NCBI GenBank assembly: GCA_003427395.1
Contig: BFEA01000012.1
Location: 1,629,216 to 1,693,215 of the forward strand
Direction of reading: 5' to 3'
Source of the DNA: Chara braunii
Lineage: Eukaryota > Plantae > Charophyceae
Length of the DNA stretch: 64,000 bases
Positions 51,006-64,000 of the stretch are shown here, one piece after another. The notes below the pieces were generated by a model. It did no database searches. It was given only the letters and a program-made list of their open reading frames with translations, and was not told the origin of the DNA. Each line of letters opens with the position of its first letter. The stretch's first letter is position 1. A program made the translations under genes and the position numbers.

Positions 51006-53689
51006 CACCATGCGTACACCACACTACGAACACAAAAATAAAAGACACCCACACGACACATGCCTCCCCTTGCCGCCTCGTCGCCTTTCACTAGTGCTCG
51101 TCATTCGCTGTTCTACCGTTCAGCCTGATGCTGCGCCGCCCTGCCCGACCGAACCCACCGCTCGTTACTCCTCTGCTCGACGCCGCCCGGCAACGTGCAG
51201 CCCACTGCGCTAGAGAAAACACCGCCCTGCATAGCCCAACTACAACACCCCGACTGTGTCTGAATATACTCCGGCGGAACCAACTACTAGGCGGTTCAAT
51301 TAGTCTTCCGCCCCTATACCGGAGTCCGTCGTGCGACTCGCACGGTGCAGCTATGGGGCTCCACCAAGTTTGTTCTGACCCGTTTCCTCTCAGGCGAAGC
51401 TCCCTACCTCCTCGGACTCCCAGCGGGCAAGCCCCACACAATCTGTTAAACATTGTGTCGCAGGCGTCGGCCTGTTACAGGCCTAAGCATGGGTCTGAAT
51501 CGGCCGGACCCGGTCCTGGTGGTTTTAGCAAATGTCCAGGTGGAAACCTTAGGTAAGAGGCCACTGTGCGGTGCGAAACCGATACAGCTCCCACGTCATT
51601 GTCGTTCGATCTCGAACCCTGAACCCCTCAGATAAAAGTATGGCGCCATAACCTATAATGCTAGGCCCGAGTCAGGGTCTAGCTCTGGTGGACGCCTAAA
51701 TAAACGGATACTGCACGACGTGCCAAACTACCGAAATGCCTTTAGAAGTCACATTGTGGTCGATGTCGTCCTCCGTACGTACGCACAAGTCACAGACGAG
51801 CACATCAATCAACGGGACATAATCTTTTTAATCCCTGTTTAATCAGAAGAGAAATTCCGTTGGCGATCACGCCGACTCTTCAGTTATCAACAAATAAAAA
51901 GATCACACGCGCGTCAAAAATCTGCGCGCCCACACACTCTCTATTCTAGTCAACCATCCAGTCGTCGTAAACACATAGACGCAGTTGCGCTTCGCGCGGA
52001 ATACTTAAATTTTAATCCAGACTTAATTTTTGCCACTTGCAAAAACCAGGGCAGATACCCTTTAAGAGGATTCGCTTCGACAACGGGAATTGCAGAAATC
52101 AAGCGAGCTCAGCTTAAGCGTGATTACCTGATTCATAAAGTTCCTTTTGCTACGGTGAATGGGTAAAAGGCTGCTTGTACTTTAAAAAATCGCCTATTTA
52201 TTACCTACATATCTATTGGATGGCAACTTAAGTTCGTGGCACTCGTGTACGCAACCCCTTGTTTATGAGGGTTAGAAAACTATACGGGGTCTTTGCTTGT
52301 TCAAGCCGTTAGATTAAAGGAGAACAAATGTCAGAAGAAGATATATGTGTGTGGTCTATGTGTTGTAACATCCTATGCTGTATAATAAAGTTCCCACACT
52401 CGGCTTACCTCTATGCAGCGTATGGAGGGGGTCAAGTTCCGTTATTCTCTGAACAGGCACGATTTTCAGTTGCTCCTAGCGTAGGGTGTGAATGGAACTG
52501 CCTTAACCTTTCGCTCATGCCACGTATGGTTTACGAGTTGGGTACATTACCAATTTCCTCATGTGCAACCTGTCAACAAGAATTATAATTTTATTTCAGT
52601 TAATTTATCACATCGATTTATTCCTCTCCAGTCTTTGTTTTTGTGGGGGATCGAGAAACTAATTAGAGGATGCACACTCTCACTTCTTATACCAGAAGAA
52701 GGCAGCACCTCTTCTTTCGTTAAAGCGGACAAATTTCTCTACATAGTAAATGAACACGAATAACAATAAGTTGAGTAACTGATGTAGATCAAGACATTAT
52801 GAGTGACTCTGAGCGAGTCCAAGTCAGAGTTTGAGATCTTAATATAAGCCCTCCTCTTCCGGTAACTCGTGTAATAAGTGTGTTTAAAATGCGTCTGGCA
52901 ATACTAAGTGCAACATTCGAGTAAGGCACATTCATAATTCTACACTATGTACTATTCATACATTTAAACATCAGTTGTACCCTCTGCGTTGTACCAATAG
53001 AGTTCACCACCCGCAGTAACTTGATAACTATTTAAACTAGTCACACACAAAACTAAGCACGGATAGAGGGTGCCCTCTAGCAAAGTTACTCAATAACTTT
53101 CATATACTGCGCGCGAATGAATCTTAAGTTATCTATGTCTCTATCGGTAAAAATCCAACAACAAGCAATTTTGTTCGTCGCTTTGCAATAAACAGAGACA
53201 AAGCATTATTAGTAAATCTGACCTAGCAACTCCTAGAGACTGCAAGGAGGACAAAATTTCCCCCTCCATTTCTCTATGAAAGTCAAAAACATGTACAACG
53301 AGCTTACTATAGTGACGTCCAGTACCCTCTACCGGGATTTGGCGGAAAGCAGAGTAAGATCATGTTGAGAGAGAATACAATATCAAAAGTAAAAAACCGC
53401 CACGAGTTTATGGAATATGTCTTCTATGCTTATAGGCTTAATGAAAAATTTCATAGTACAATCTCTTCTTTTAAGATCGTGCAAAGAGCAAGATAGGTAA
53501 TGCTCGGTGACCAATGAATAAAATTGTACACTCATCATCAAAGATTCGATTATCATTCACGTCCAGTTTTGAAACATGTATCAACTCGTGACCACACATT
53601 CAATTGTATCAACAACAATAATCATCATTTAATTCCCTTGCATCATTGGTTTCGGTATGGTCAAATAATCCCTTAACAGGACTGAGAGA

Positions 53690-54135
53690 TATTTCGGATA
53701 CTGGTTTGGAAGTATAATGTCAAGAGGTTCAGGGGTTGCCTTGGATTTGTGAAAATCAGCACCCCACGATGTTTATGACAAAGTAGAATTTGATGTACCC
53801 GTAGGTACACGAGGAGATTGTTATGATCGTTATTGTGTCCGCATTGAAGAAATGCAACAAAGTCTTCGAATCATTGTCCAATGCTTGAATCAAATGCCTA
53901 GTGGCATGATCAAAGCGGATGATCGTAAACTTTGTCCTCCTTCACGCTCTCAAATGAAACAATCCATGAAATTCTCAATTCATCACTTTAAGTTTTACAA
54001 CGACGGTGTGTTTGTACCAGCTTCTTCTATGTACACCTGTATAGAAGCACCCAAAGGAGAACTTCATGTTTATTTAGTTAGCAATGGAACCAATCGTCCT
54101 TATCGTTGTAAAATTCGAGCACCATGTTTTGCTTT
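53690..54135 (+). pseudogene. nad7: mitochondrial nad7 fragment (NUMT), copy 1
   Basis: [81 protein letters not shown]...EAPKGE...[15 protein letters not shown] is the C-terminal half of Nad7, with an in-frame stop. Confidence 0.95.
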
Positions 54136-55812
54136 TGCAGTCTCAATGTTGACTAACTTATATTTTTATATTGGAGATCGACAATGAAAGTTAATCGTCA
54201 TCCAATTTCTATCAATCAGTTCTCAAACCAGCATCAGTCTGTCAGGAGTCTTGGCAGGGACTTTCAGATCAATTTCAATATATATCTCTGCACATGAGTG
54301 CAATTCAATCATTCCCAGTCGGTGAATCGGTCTTAACTAGTCTCAACAAGATTGTCTTCAAGGATGCTTTCAAGTATCAATATGCCATTACAGAGTTTGT
54401 TCCAGCCAATAAGATTTGTTAATCTTCATAGTTCTTATATAATTTGTAAAAAAAACTATTCAGAACTTCAGAATTTACGTGAAAAATGACAAAGAAACTC
54501 ATGAGCACCTGAATTCAATTTGGATTTTGCCAGCGAAATACCTTGAGGAGGCCTAGTGGCATGATCACAGCGGATGATCGTAAACTTTGTCCTCCTTCAC
54601 GCTCTCAAATGAAACAATCCATGAATTCCTTAATTCATCACTTTAAGTTTTACAACGACGGTGTTTTTGTACCAGCTTCTTCTATGTANACCTGTGTAGA
54701 AGCACCGAAAGGAGAACTTCATGTTTATTTAGTTAGCAACGGAACCAATCGTCCTTATCGTTGTAAAATTCGAGCACCTGGTTTTGCTTTTGCAGTCTCA
54801 ATGTTGACTAACTTATATTTTTACATTGGAGATCGACAATGAAAGTTAATCGTCATCCAATTTCTAGCAATCAGTTCTCAAACCAGCATCAGTCTGTCAG
54901 GAGTCTTGCCAGGGACATTCAGATCAATTTCAATATCTATCTCTGCACATGAGTGCAATTCAATCATTCCCAGTCGGTGAATCGGTCTTGACTATCCTCA
55001 ACAAGATTGTCTTCTAGGATGCTTTCAAGTATCAATATGCCAGTACAGACAACGACGGTGTTTTTGTACCAGCTTCTTCTATGTATACCTGTGTAGAAGC
55101 ACCCAAAGGAGAACTTCATGTTTATTTAGTTAGCAACGGAACCAATCGTCCTTATCGTTGTAAAATTCGAGCACCTGGTTTTGCTTTTGCAGTCTCAATG
55201 TTGACTAACTTATATTTTTACATTGGAGATCGACAATGAAAGTTAATCGTCATCCAATTTCTATCAATCAGTTCTCCAACCAGCATCAGTCTGTCAAGAG
55301 TCTTGTCAGGGACATTCATATCAATTTCAATATCTATCTCTGCACATGAGTGCAATTCAATCATTCCCAGTCGGTGAATCGGTCTTGACTAGCCTCAACA
55401 AGATTGTCTTCTAGGATGCTTTCAAGTATCAATATGCCAGTACAGAGTTTGTTACAGCCAATAAGATTTGTTAATCTTCATGGTTCTTATATAATTTGTA
55501 AAGAAAACTATTCAGAACTTAAAAATTTACGTGAAAAATGAAAAAGAATCTGATGAGCACCTGAATTCAATTTGAATCTTGCCAGCGAAATACCTTGAGG
55601 AGACAGAGATGTCTTCTAGGATGCTTTCAAGTATCAATATGCCAGTACAGAGTTCGTTCCAGCCAATAAGATTTGTTAATCTTCATGGTTTTTATATAAT
55701 TTGTAAAGAAAACTATTCAGAACTTATCTATTTACGTGAAAAATAACAAAGAATCTCATGAGCACCTGAATTCAATTTGAATCTTGCCAGCGAAATACCT
55801 TGAGGAGACAGA
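53897..55812 (+). repeat. tandem amplification of the nad7 fragment plus non-nad7 flank (~650-bp unit; further nad7 pieces at 54552-54788 and 55051-55185)
   Basis: Near-identical units restart at ~54552, ~55051 and ~55610. Confidence 0.9.
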
Positions 55813-57359
55813 GAGAGAGAGAGAGCTTGATGAGAATCGCACAAAGTTACTCCGTAGCTTTGCACTTAAGCTCTACACAGATTACCCTAGGCCTTTAATT
55901 CCCTTTCTTCTCAGAAATGATTCTTGCTGGAGTGACCTGGTTCATTTGACCAAGAGCTATGTATCTCCCATAAAGATTGACTACGAGACAGTGACTAAGC
56001 CCTTCGAGTTCTGGCATCTTGAACGAGGGATCTTCTCCAAGCTAACTTTCTACTCTGTGGGAGGAGTTTCGTGCTATGCTTGACTTCTGTATCTTTAACC
56101 TTAGAATATAACTAGCAAACTTTAGGTAGCTCTACATCTCTAGGCTACAATCTCAGTAAGTTCATAGGCATGGCCCAAGGCACAAAAAACGTACAGTCAA
56201 ATGAGACATTAAAATATGATAGGGATTAGTGATAACTCTTCACGAGTGCTGGCTATGTCTATTCATTTTATACTTTATGAAATTATTACGAGTTCTCACC
56301 TTCCCTCATTTATATTGTCTTTGCCTTGAGGCGGTCACTCTTGATTTGTTTGAATTAACTTTACCTAAGATTTTTTTTTTTTTTTTGATCTTATCACGGT
56401 CCTCAAATTCTTGAATACGCAAACTCGATACGTGCATGACATAGTAAATTTTCATAATTTATTATTCGCATATTCTTTACTGTTCTGAATCGTAATAAAA
56501 AAGATTCCTAAGACGGAGGACTTGTGAAGATCGTAATTGAAGGGTCTCACCCGAAGCCGGACGCACACAATAAGAAAGGATTTGCATTCATTAGTTTATT
56601 TATTTATTAAAAATTTAATTTAAATCCTGCGTGACAACTTGTTTGTTTTCTGATCACCAGAAATGGTCCGACTAGACAAAAATGTGACAACTTGTTTGGG
56701 GGTTTGTTGCGGGGAGGGACTTGGGTGAGGTGTAATGGACGCAAACGAAAGGGACAGAGGGTTAATCTCATGTGGGATTTCCAACTCATCTTTCAGAACT
56801 GGTTCACACTTCAACCGGAGACTTTCTCAAAGCTTCTGATTTCTTCTCACGCCCATTTCCTCCCTTTTAATTGGCACTGGTTGGTCTTCAATGGTATGGT
56901 GTGGAGGAGAGGTGATCTATGATCCAATCAAAAACCTTCGGTGATAGGAAAGCTTGGTTGGCGAGTTGCATATGGCAGTCTTTAGGGGACTAAAGAGGCA
57001 TCCCTCTCACTTTTCGATTGTGTATGTACTTTTCTTTCTCGTATTTCATGGGATGCTGAACCTAATTTCCAACAAATGCAACTCCCCATCAATAGGAAGC
57101 AGCACATGGGGATGCTGTTACCAACCCGGGTAGCATTGCCAGCAAAAGTTCATTTAAAGTATTAGTACCTACTACATTTTTCGTACCCACCACGCTCATA
57201 TGAATTTGGATCGGAGAGGCAAGCTGCTTTGGATTCTGCATTAACAGCCTCCCTACCCCGTAGATGCTGTTGGTTAAAAAAAAAAAAAAAAAACTTTCAA
57301 TTAAACCTGGCTCTTAGTGGTTTCTCCATTTGATATGGCCCTGTAAATATTCCAATCCA

Positions 57360-57780
57360 ATAGGTTGGCAAAAAATGTTAACCATATATTTAAGAAAACA
57401 CTTTGAAGGAATACTGAGACACCTAATAGACAGCCCTGATAGAGAATCGTGTACCACATCGTCGGTGTTCATTGAGTGATGCTGCAAGAATCGACATGAT
57501 TGATGTCGTTCAAACTGCCGAGTGATAGTGTCCCTCGCATTAAACTTTTGGAGTTACCGAATTATATCTCGATCCGATGGGTTGGCAAAAAATGTTAACC
57601 AGATGATTAAGAGGACACTTTGAAGGCAGATTGGGGCACCTAATAGTGGACCTCTGGCAAAAAATCATGTGCCACATCATCGTCGTCCATCCAGTGATAA
57701 TGCAAGAATTGATAGGACTGACGTCGTTCAAATTGTGGTGTGATAGTGTCCCTCGCATCCAACTTTTGGAGTTACCGAGT
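57360..57780. repeat. ~218-bp diverged tandem duplication
   Basis: GGTTGGCAAAAAATGTTAACCA...GATAGTGTCCCTCGCAT..AACTTTTGGAGTTACCGA occurs twice. Confidence 0.8.
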
Positions 57781-60609
57781 GGTGTCAACCTTGCATTTAA
57801 GTTACCAGACTCGAAGCCATGGCTCCCAACCCGTAGCTCGCTAGGTTTCTTATATCCATCCACTTCCTCCTTCCTTCCCATTTCCCTCCCCCTTCTTCTT
57901 TTCGAGAAGATTCTGCCAAGATTGATTATTTTTCCCCCCCTTCAAACGCTTACCCATCTTCGCCATCACCATGAACCTGACGGATCCTTTCACCTTTGAA
58001 CAACAAATCAAAGTCAATCATCTTCAACCAAGAACAACAAGGGCGCTTGCGTTAAGGTTTCATCAATAGCCATTTGTTTGTTAATATCTTGTTGCTCCAT
58101 GCTCTTTAGCAGGTGTCAACTCGGTGTTGTGTTGCAGCGATCAAGATGCGCAGCGTCCCATCGACATATCGGAAACTATATGGGGAGTTCACAGTAACAC
58201 GTCTCACCAAAGATGACATGGGAAATATTGTTTTTTTTTTCCATCTTTCCAGGGAGATAACCGAGAGCATGTCGAAGGCAAGCACGAGTGTATATGTGCC
58301 TCCTCGCATGCTTTATCGCTCAAGATTGCGGCAGCTGGTCCCGAACGTGGACTCGATGATCTCATAGTGGTGCGTATCGTTGGAGTATGTGCAATGGTGA
58401 TGACTCCCCTCCTTGTATTTTTACCCGTCTTGATCTCCCCTGAAAAGAATGAAATCTATGACTCGCCACCTTCGTTTCTCCCCACTGTCTCCGCACCGAG
58501 TTTCCTCTTATTTAGATCTGTGATTGTGAACGTCACTCTTCGCTTGAGTTCGCGTCAGAGGTGTTTGAGGTGAAGTGGCAAGATTGGTTTGATGTCGGCT
58601 TCACATGAGTGATACGACTAAGTTTGTGTATCATTATTGTTACATGCTGAGCCTGCACACATGCCATATTTTCGAGGTCTGACGGATGCTGAGGGGTCCC
58701 CAGGCCGTATGCCCTTCATACGCGCGCCTTGGAGGCCCACTACGACCCTTCGGCTACAATAATCGATTTGAGACAACATTCATTTCTTTATTGATTTATT
58801 TATTTTTTCGGTTTTTTTTTCTATGCTCAGACGTAGTTTCGGACATGCAGTCCCCAAGGCCACGCCTTGGGCTGGCTACACTAGAAGGAAGGGTCATTCG
58901 AGGCCAGGTGCGTTTCCGCGCCCTGCTGCATCAGCAAAACAGTCTGGACGCTCGGTAGGGGACTAGACAGTGTGGGCCGTTTCAGGCCAATGTAGGAGGC
59001 ACGCCTAGCTGGCCCAGCGCGAGCTGGGCCATGGCTGAGTAGACACATAGTTCGAGTAGCTCACTTCTTGAGCGACGCGTTGTTGGATTGGTGCTGCGAC
59101 ACTGCAGCGCTGCGCTTGGAGTTAGATGTAGAGGCATAGGTATGCAAAGGGGCTGACGCCATACCTGCATCGGTGGTACTTACCTAAGCGCCATAGCTAT
59201 CCGCCATGCCAGCGACCTGCACAGGGATCGTCAGAACATGGGTGGTGTACGATGGGATATCGCGTCAGTATCAAATAGGCCAGGTCGTATCATTGAGTCT
59301 TTCGTTGCGATACATTGTGCTATTTTTGTATCTAGACATGCATTGCTTGTTGATAAGCTTTGTTGCCCTTACATTGTCCATTCAAGTCCTTTTCATCACT
59401 CTGCACATCCTTGGTTCCATCTTCATTACCCACTTCGGCATGTATCAATTGGCATCAGAGTTTTCACTAGTGAATCAGGAGGCCATCAACCTTACTACGC
59501 AAAGTAGGGAATCAATTGATTGATTGATTGACTCATTGATTGATTGATCACGCTCATCCTCCTTCGCGATTTTCAACCCAACTGCCAATTCCCCCAAAAA
59601 GAAAAATATTGTTTCTTCGAAACTCTTTCGTTGGCGCTTATTCGTTTTTTTTTATAAAATCCGAAACTGCACAGTAGTTGAAATTTTCGATGCTTTTCTT
59701 TTCCAAATTTTGAAAAATTGTTGCTTAACAAATCTAATTTTCTTTTCTCTCAAAATTATTTTTTCTACAAAAGATTTCTGTTCCATAAAATACAAAATAT
59801 TTTCCACAATCTCGTTTTTTTTTTTTCTAGAATATGTTTTTGCGCAAATTCGCTTTTTCAAGAATTTCGACTCACGCAGTTTTCACTACTTCAAAATTTT
59901 GGTATTCTTTAATTTTTTTGACAACCGAAATTTTCCATTGCTATCTCGGCTAGCAGAGTGGCCCGGGATAACTTCCCCCGCCACGCTAAAAGAGATGAAA
60001 AAATAAAAATAAAAACAATATTTTTAAATTGCATTTTTTCTTTTCAATTCGGTGAAGACTTTAAATGTGGCCTTGAAAAAAGAAAAAAAAAGTTGTTCGA
60101 ATTATTTTTTTTGCATAACATCGTTTTTTTGTTTTTTTGCTTGGACCTTCGCTGGTACTTGCTTGGACCTGATCGGCCCGGCTGGTAGCCTAGGTTGTTG
60201 TAGTCTTTCACAATTTTTCTTTTCTCTCGCCCCTTGCAGTCGAGTCTAGGTACTATTCCCAAAATCAAATTTTGACGCGCATACTCTCATCTGAATATTT
60301 CCAAATTATTACATTTTGAATTAAAAATTATCTGAACTTTCAAATAGTTTTTGCAATTCGAATATTTCTTTTTATTGCTTTTAATTGATTAACTGCAAAC
60401 TGAAGTAATTTCTTTACAAATCTTTACTCAATTCAATTTCGGGATTTGGGGTCCAAATATCTACAGAAATTGCAATTTCAATTTTTTTTTTTTTTTGACG
60501 TTGTTATTATTAATGCAAGGTTCAAACTTTTCATTTTTGATTAGGTGCTCCTTATCTGGGCGATCAGTATCACCCCATGAGGGCGAGAAAGTGCTAGAAC
60601 GGTACATCT

Positions 60610-61284
60610 CCCACTTTCCCCTCTCCCACCCACCCTATGTACGTTGTTGTTCCTCTTCCCCTTTTCTCTCTCCTCCCATCTATCTTTTGTTTCTCACTCT
60701 TGTGGCATTGGCAAGTTGCCACATCAGCATGCCATGTCAGCATGCGAGTTCAGCAGGTCACGTTAGTGACACGTCAACCGACAGCCGTTCCACATCAGCA
60801 GCCGCTCAAGTGCCACGACAGCAGCCGCTCAAGTGCTACGACAGCAGCCGCTCAAGTGCCACCTTAGCAGCGATAAGTTACCGCCTTTGAAGGCCTTGCC
60901 TTAACCCATGCTCACCCGATCACAAACTGGTGACATGGAGCAAAAGCAAGGAGAAACCGACGAGGCCTACCCACTTTCCCCTCTCCCACCCACCCCATGT
61001 ACGTTGTTGTTCCTCTTCCCCTTTTCTCTCTCCTCCCATCTGTCTTTTGTTTCTCACTGTCGTGGCATTGGTGAGTTGCCACATCAGCATGCCATGTCAG
61101 CATGCGAGTTCAGCAGGCCACGTCTGTGACACATCAACCAACAGCCGTTCCACATCAGCAGCCGCTCAAGTGCCATGTCAGCAGCAATAAGTTGCCACGC
61201 CTAAAGGCCTTGCCTTAACCCATGCTCACCCGATCACAAACTGGTGACATAGAGTAGAAGCAAGGATAAACCGACGAGCCCTAC
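60610..61284. repeat. ~360-bp direct repeat upstream of the gag remnant
   Basis: CCCACTTTCCCCTCTCCCACCCACCC at 60610 and 60970. The first unit has an internal triplication of CAGCAGCCGCTCAAGTGC. Confidence 0.88.
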
Positions 61285-61299
61285 GAGGGTTGTATGCTA

Positions 61300-62714
61300 A
61301 CGTTGATGGCATAAATCAAGCAGCGGGCAAACGTGGCAACAACCCCATGGAAGAAAAAGGAGCAGGCAAAGCACCAACGTTAGCTGGTGAAGGAACAACG
61401 CCAACAACACGACGAATCAGTAGCCGATATGGAACATAGACAACGTTGCGAGAACATATTCAAGAAGGAAAGAGACTCACTCTCCCTGGTCGGGGAATGG
61501 CGGACCGAGGCAAAAAGCCGCAAAATGAGCAACAATGGGTTCGAGATCTCACTTTTGCTTTCCCACTCCACAAACCTCCTAGCTACTTGCATAGCACAGC
61601 AAAAGGATATCCACTGCCTCGACAACTCGGTCAATGACCACAAGAAGACGGTCCAACAACTGACCAGCCGCGTACAACTGCTAGAACGATCATTCATTGT
61701 TCCAAACACCACCCCCTCCAACCTCTCCACTCACCTCATCGAGATAGAGGTCGTCATAGGGACACTCCATGACCGCACGCAGCAACTCTCACAACAGATA
61801 TGCGCAGTAGTCGCCGCTCCTCTTTCGACATCTCGTGATCGCATACCTAAGTTCGATAGCATTCAAGTCTTCTGCGACGCATCGAGGACCGCACCAGTTC
61901 CATGGTGGTGTCAATTCGACCTTCGTTTGGACATGTGCGAGTTGAGCGATCCCTAATGAGATGCTTACTTATATCAGTAGTCCGGGGACGCATGTAAGAC
62001 ATGGCTTGACAATATGCTATCCTCGCACAAGGTCGACGTCTTCAAACTTTACAAATAGATCAGTTAGGCTGATCTCAACGTGGCATGGCACAAGCAATTC
62101 CAAGTGGAACCGCCCGAACTTCGAGTAATGGATAAATTGTAGTTGTTCCATCAGAACACCTTGCCAAGCGGAATCTAGATCACCGAGTACAACGCTTGGC
62201 ATCGTCGCCGGACTTGCCGATGAATTTCACCGACATCAAACACTTCTTCATTATGAGGTTTTGTTCGGTATTGCAAAATGCATTAACGCAAGTCACGGAG
62301 ACCCTCACCACAAGTGAGGAACTCTTCGACCAGGCCTCGCAGATCATTGTGGCAAGCACGGAAGCCAAGAACCTTGGCCATTCGTCTTCTGCGGGCCAAG
62401 GCAGAGATCACCATCAGCCAAAAGTGTCCGTGGCCACGCCAGCCGGGAGACGCCACGAGGGAGACAAATATGAATCCGCCTGGGGTGGTCGCCGCCCCGC
62501 CAATGGGCAAGGACATGGCAAATCGAAGACTAACACCTCTTCAAACCCCGGGCCTAGAGCAGCAGCACAAAAAGCTTTGACCCACTACGGTCTTTCGGAA
62601 GGCGTATACAAGATACGCCTGAAGTACTGGTATTGCTTGTGGTGCAACTACAACCTCCACGAAACGGTCGACTGTACTACAAAGGGCGAGGGGAAGTCCC
62701 ATTCGAAAAAGTGA
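61300..62714 (+). pseudogene. gag: decayed retrotransposon gag with CCHC zinc knuckle
   Basis: Coiled-coil-like ORF 61387-61956 ending IPKFD...VPWWCQF. ORF 62196-62714 carries CLWCNYNLHETVDC (CX2CX4HX4C). Confidence 0.75.
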
Positions 62715-62994
62715 CTACCGTAAAGAGTGTTGCGACGACCCTCTACACACCTTCAGAACCGTTTGCTGCACGACTATGTAACACCCTCGGCGGCGGCCAT
62801 CCGCGGCCGAATCCGCGAACGAGGCCAGTCCGCAAACCCCACGGACGCGTCCGTGCGGACGCGCAGCTTTGAAGCCACATGGCGGCCGCGCGGGATCAAC
62901 TTTCAAAAAACGAGAGAGAGGCCACATGGCGGCGCAAATGGAAAGCCATTGCAAAAAAAATAAAAAACGCGTTTTTTTTTTTTTTTTTTTTCCC

Positions 62995-63007
62995 GTTGAT
63001 TGATTGG

Positions 63008-63042
<35 letters not shown>

Positions 63043-63170
63043 GTGGGGGCTCGATCGCCCCGCCCCGCCTTTGATTGATTGATTGATAGATTGATTAGTT
63101 TCATTTTTTTTTTTTTTTCGTTGATTGATTGATTGATTGATTGATTCACTGGTGGGGGAAACCCCGCGAT

Positions 63171-63205
<35 letters not shown>

Positions 63206-63267
63206 TTAATTAATTAATTGATTTGTTTATTTCTTTATTCAATTTCGTTGTTCTTTTTTTTTTTTTG

Positions 63268-63306
<39 letters not shown>

Positions 63307-63395
63307 GTGGGGGAGGGGTTGCCCCACCCCCGCGACCATGGCTGCACACACACACACACACACCAGCTGTCCCGCGCACGGTGCAGCGGGGGCAG

Positions 63396-63480
<85 letters not shown>

Positions 63481-63547
63481 CGCGCAGCTCCCGCGCAGCC
63501 CCCCGCAGCTCTGCGCAGCTCCCCGCAGTTCCTCCGCACGCACACAC

Positions 63548-63605
<58 letters not shown>

Positions 63606-63696
63606 CACACAGATGCACGCACCTCGTGCGCAGCCCCCCGCAGCTCCGCGCAGCTCCCCGCAATTCCTGCGCACGCACGCACACACACACACACAC

Positions 63697-63727
<31 letters not shown>

Positions 63728-63796
63728 GCATGCGCGCGCGCGCGCGCGCGTGCGCGCAGCCCCCCGCAGCTCCTCGCACCTCATGTGTACGCGCAC

Positions 63797-63862
<66 letters not shown>

Positions 63863-63905
63863 CACACACACTTACACACAATCAATCAATCAATCAATCA
63901 ATCAA
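62995..63905. repeat. compound microsatellite block: (GATT)n, (TTTA)n, (CA)n, (CT)n, (CG)n and GCAGCTCC-type units
   Basis: Directly visible in the sequence. Confidence 0.92.
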
Positions 63906-64000
63906 ACCATTTTTTTTCAAGTTTTTTGTTTATTTATTTTCAAATTTTGCATCTTTACTTTTCTCACACACCTCATACCCCTGCAAAAAAAAGAGATTCA

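Noticed and set aside
51850-51895. Possible second hammerhead on the minus strand (CTGAAGA-GTCGGCG-TGAT-CGCCAAC-GGAA)
   Set aside because: GGAA instead of GAAA, a mismatch in stem II, and no convincing stems I or III.
53852-54842. Functional nuclear-transferred nad7 gene
   Set aside because: N-terminal half absent, in-frame stop, C-terminus replaced, and no targeting exon evident.
63210-63871. Long ORFs with ER/SL/CV/N/I runs (also 9215-10419, 11693-11970, 12979-13584, 26590-27168, 29493-30311)
   Set aside because: Open only because they cross microsatellites or low-complexity tracts. ORFs spanning N gaps are likewise spurious.

Overview
Repeat-dense eukaryotic nuclear DNA from a draft assembly (N gaps, an assembled Nextera mate-pair junction adapter). 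It is probably a streptophyte alga or plant; the repeat families look Chara-like, which is inference only. I can support no intact host gene. Contents: (1) a minus-strand Ty3/gypsy LTR retrotransposon (1-~8900) with a tRNA-Asp PBS, an in-register UUUUUUA -1 frameshift site between gag-pro and RT, and a three-intron 5' extension spliced in frame onto gag that carries a duplicated ~200-aa unknown domain; (2) decayed gypsy, L1-type LINE and gag remnants; (3) a ~7.1 kb hAT transposon with TIR/TSD, a hAT MITE and two copies of another MITE; (4) a tandemly amplified mitochondrial nad7 fragment (NUMT); (5) non-coding structure not explained by these calls: two homologous repeat-spacer arrays (28.0-28.7 kb, 40.6-41.3 kb) whose ~22-nt cores are closed by covarying stems, a covarying RNA fold shared by two LTR-like regions (8.1 kb and 50.7 kb), and a truncated hammerhead ribozyme core (38.2 kb). 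All alignments and pairings were done by eye, and boundaries of decayed elements are approximate.
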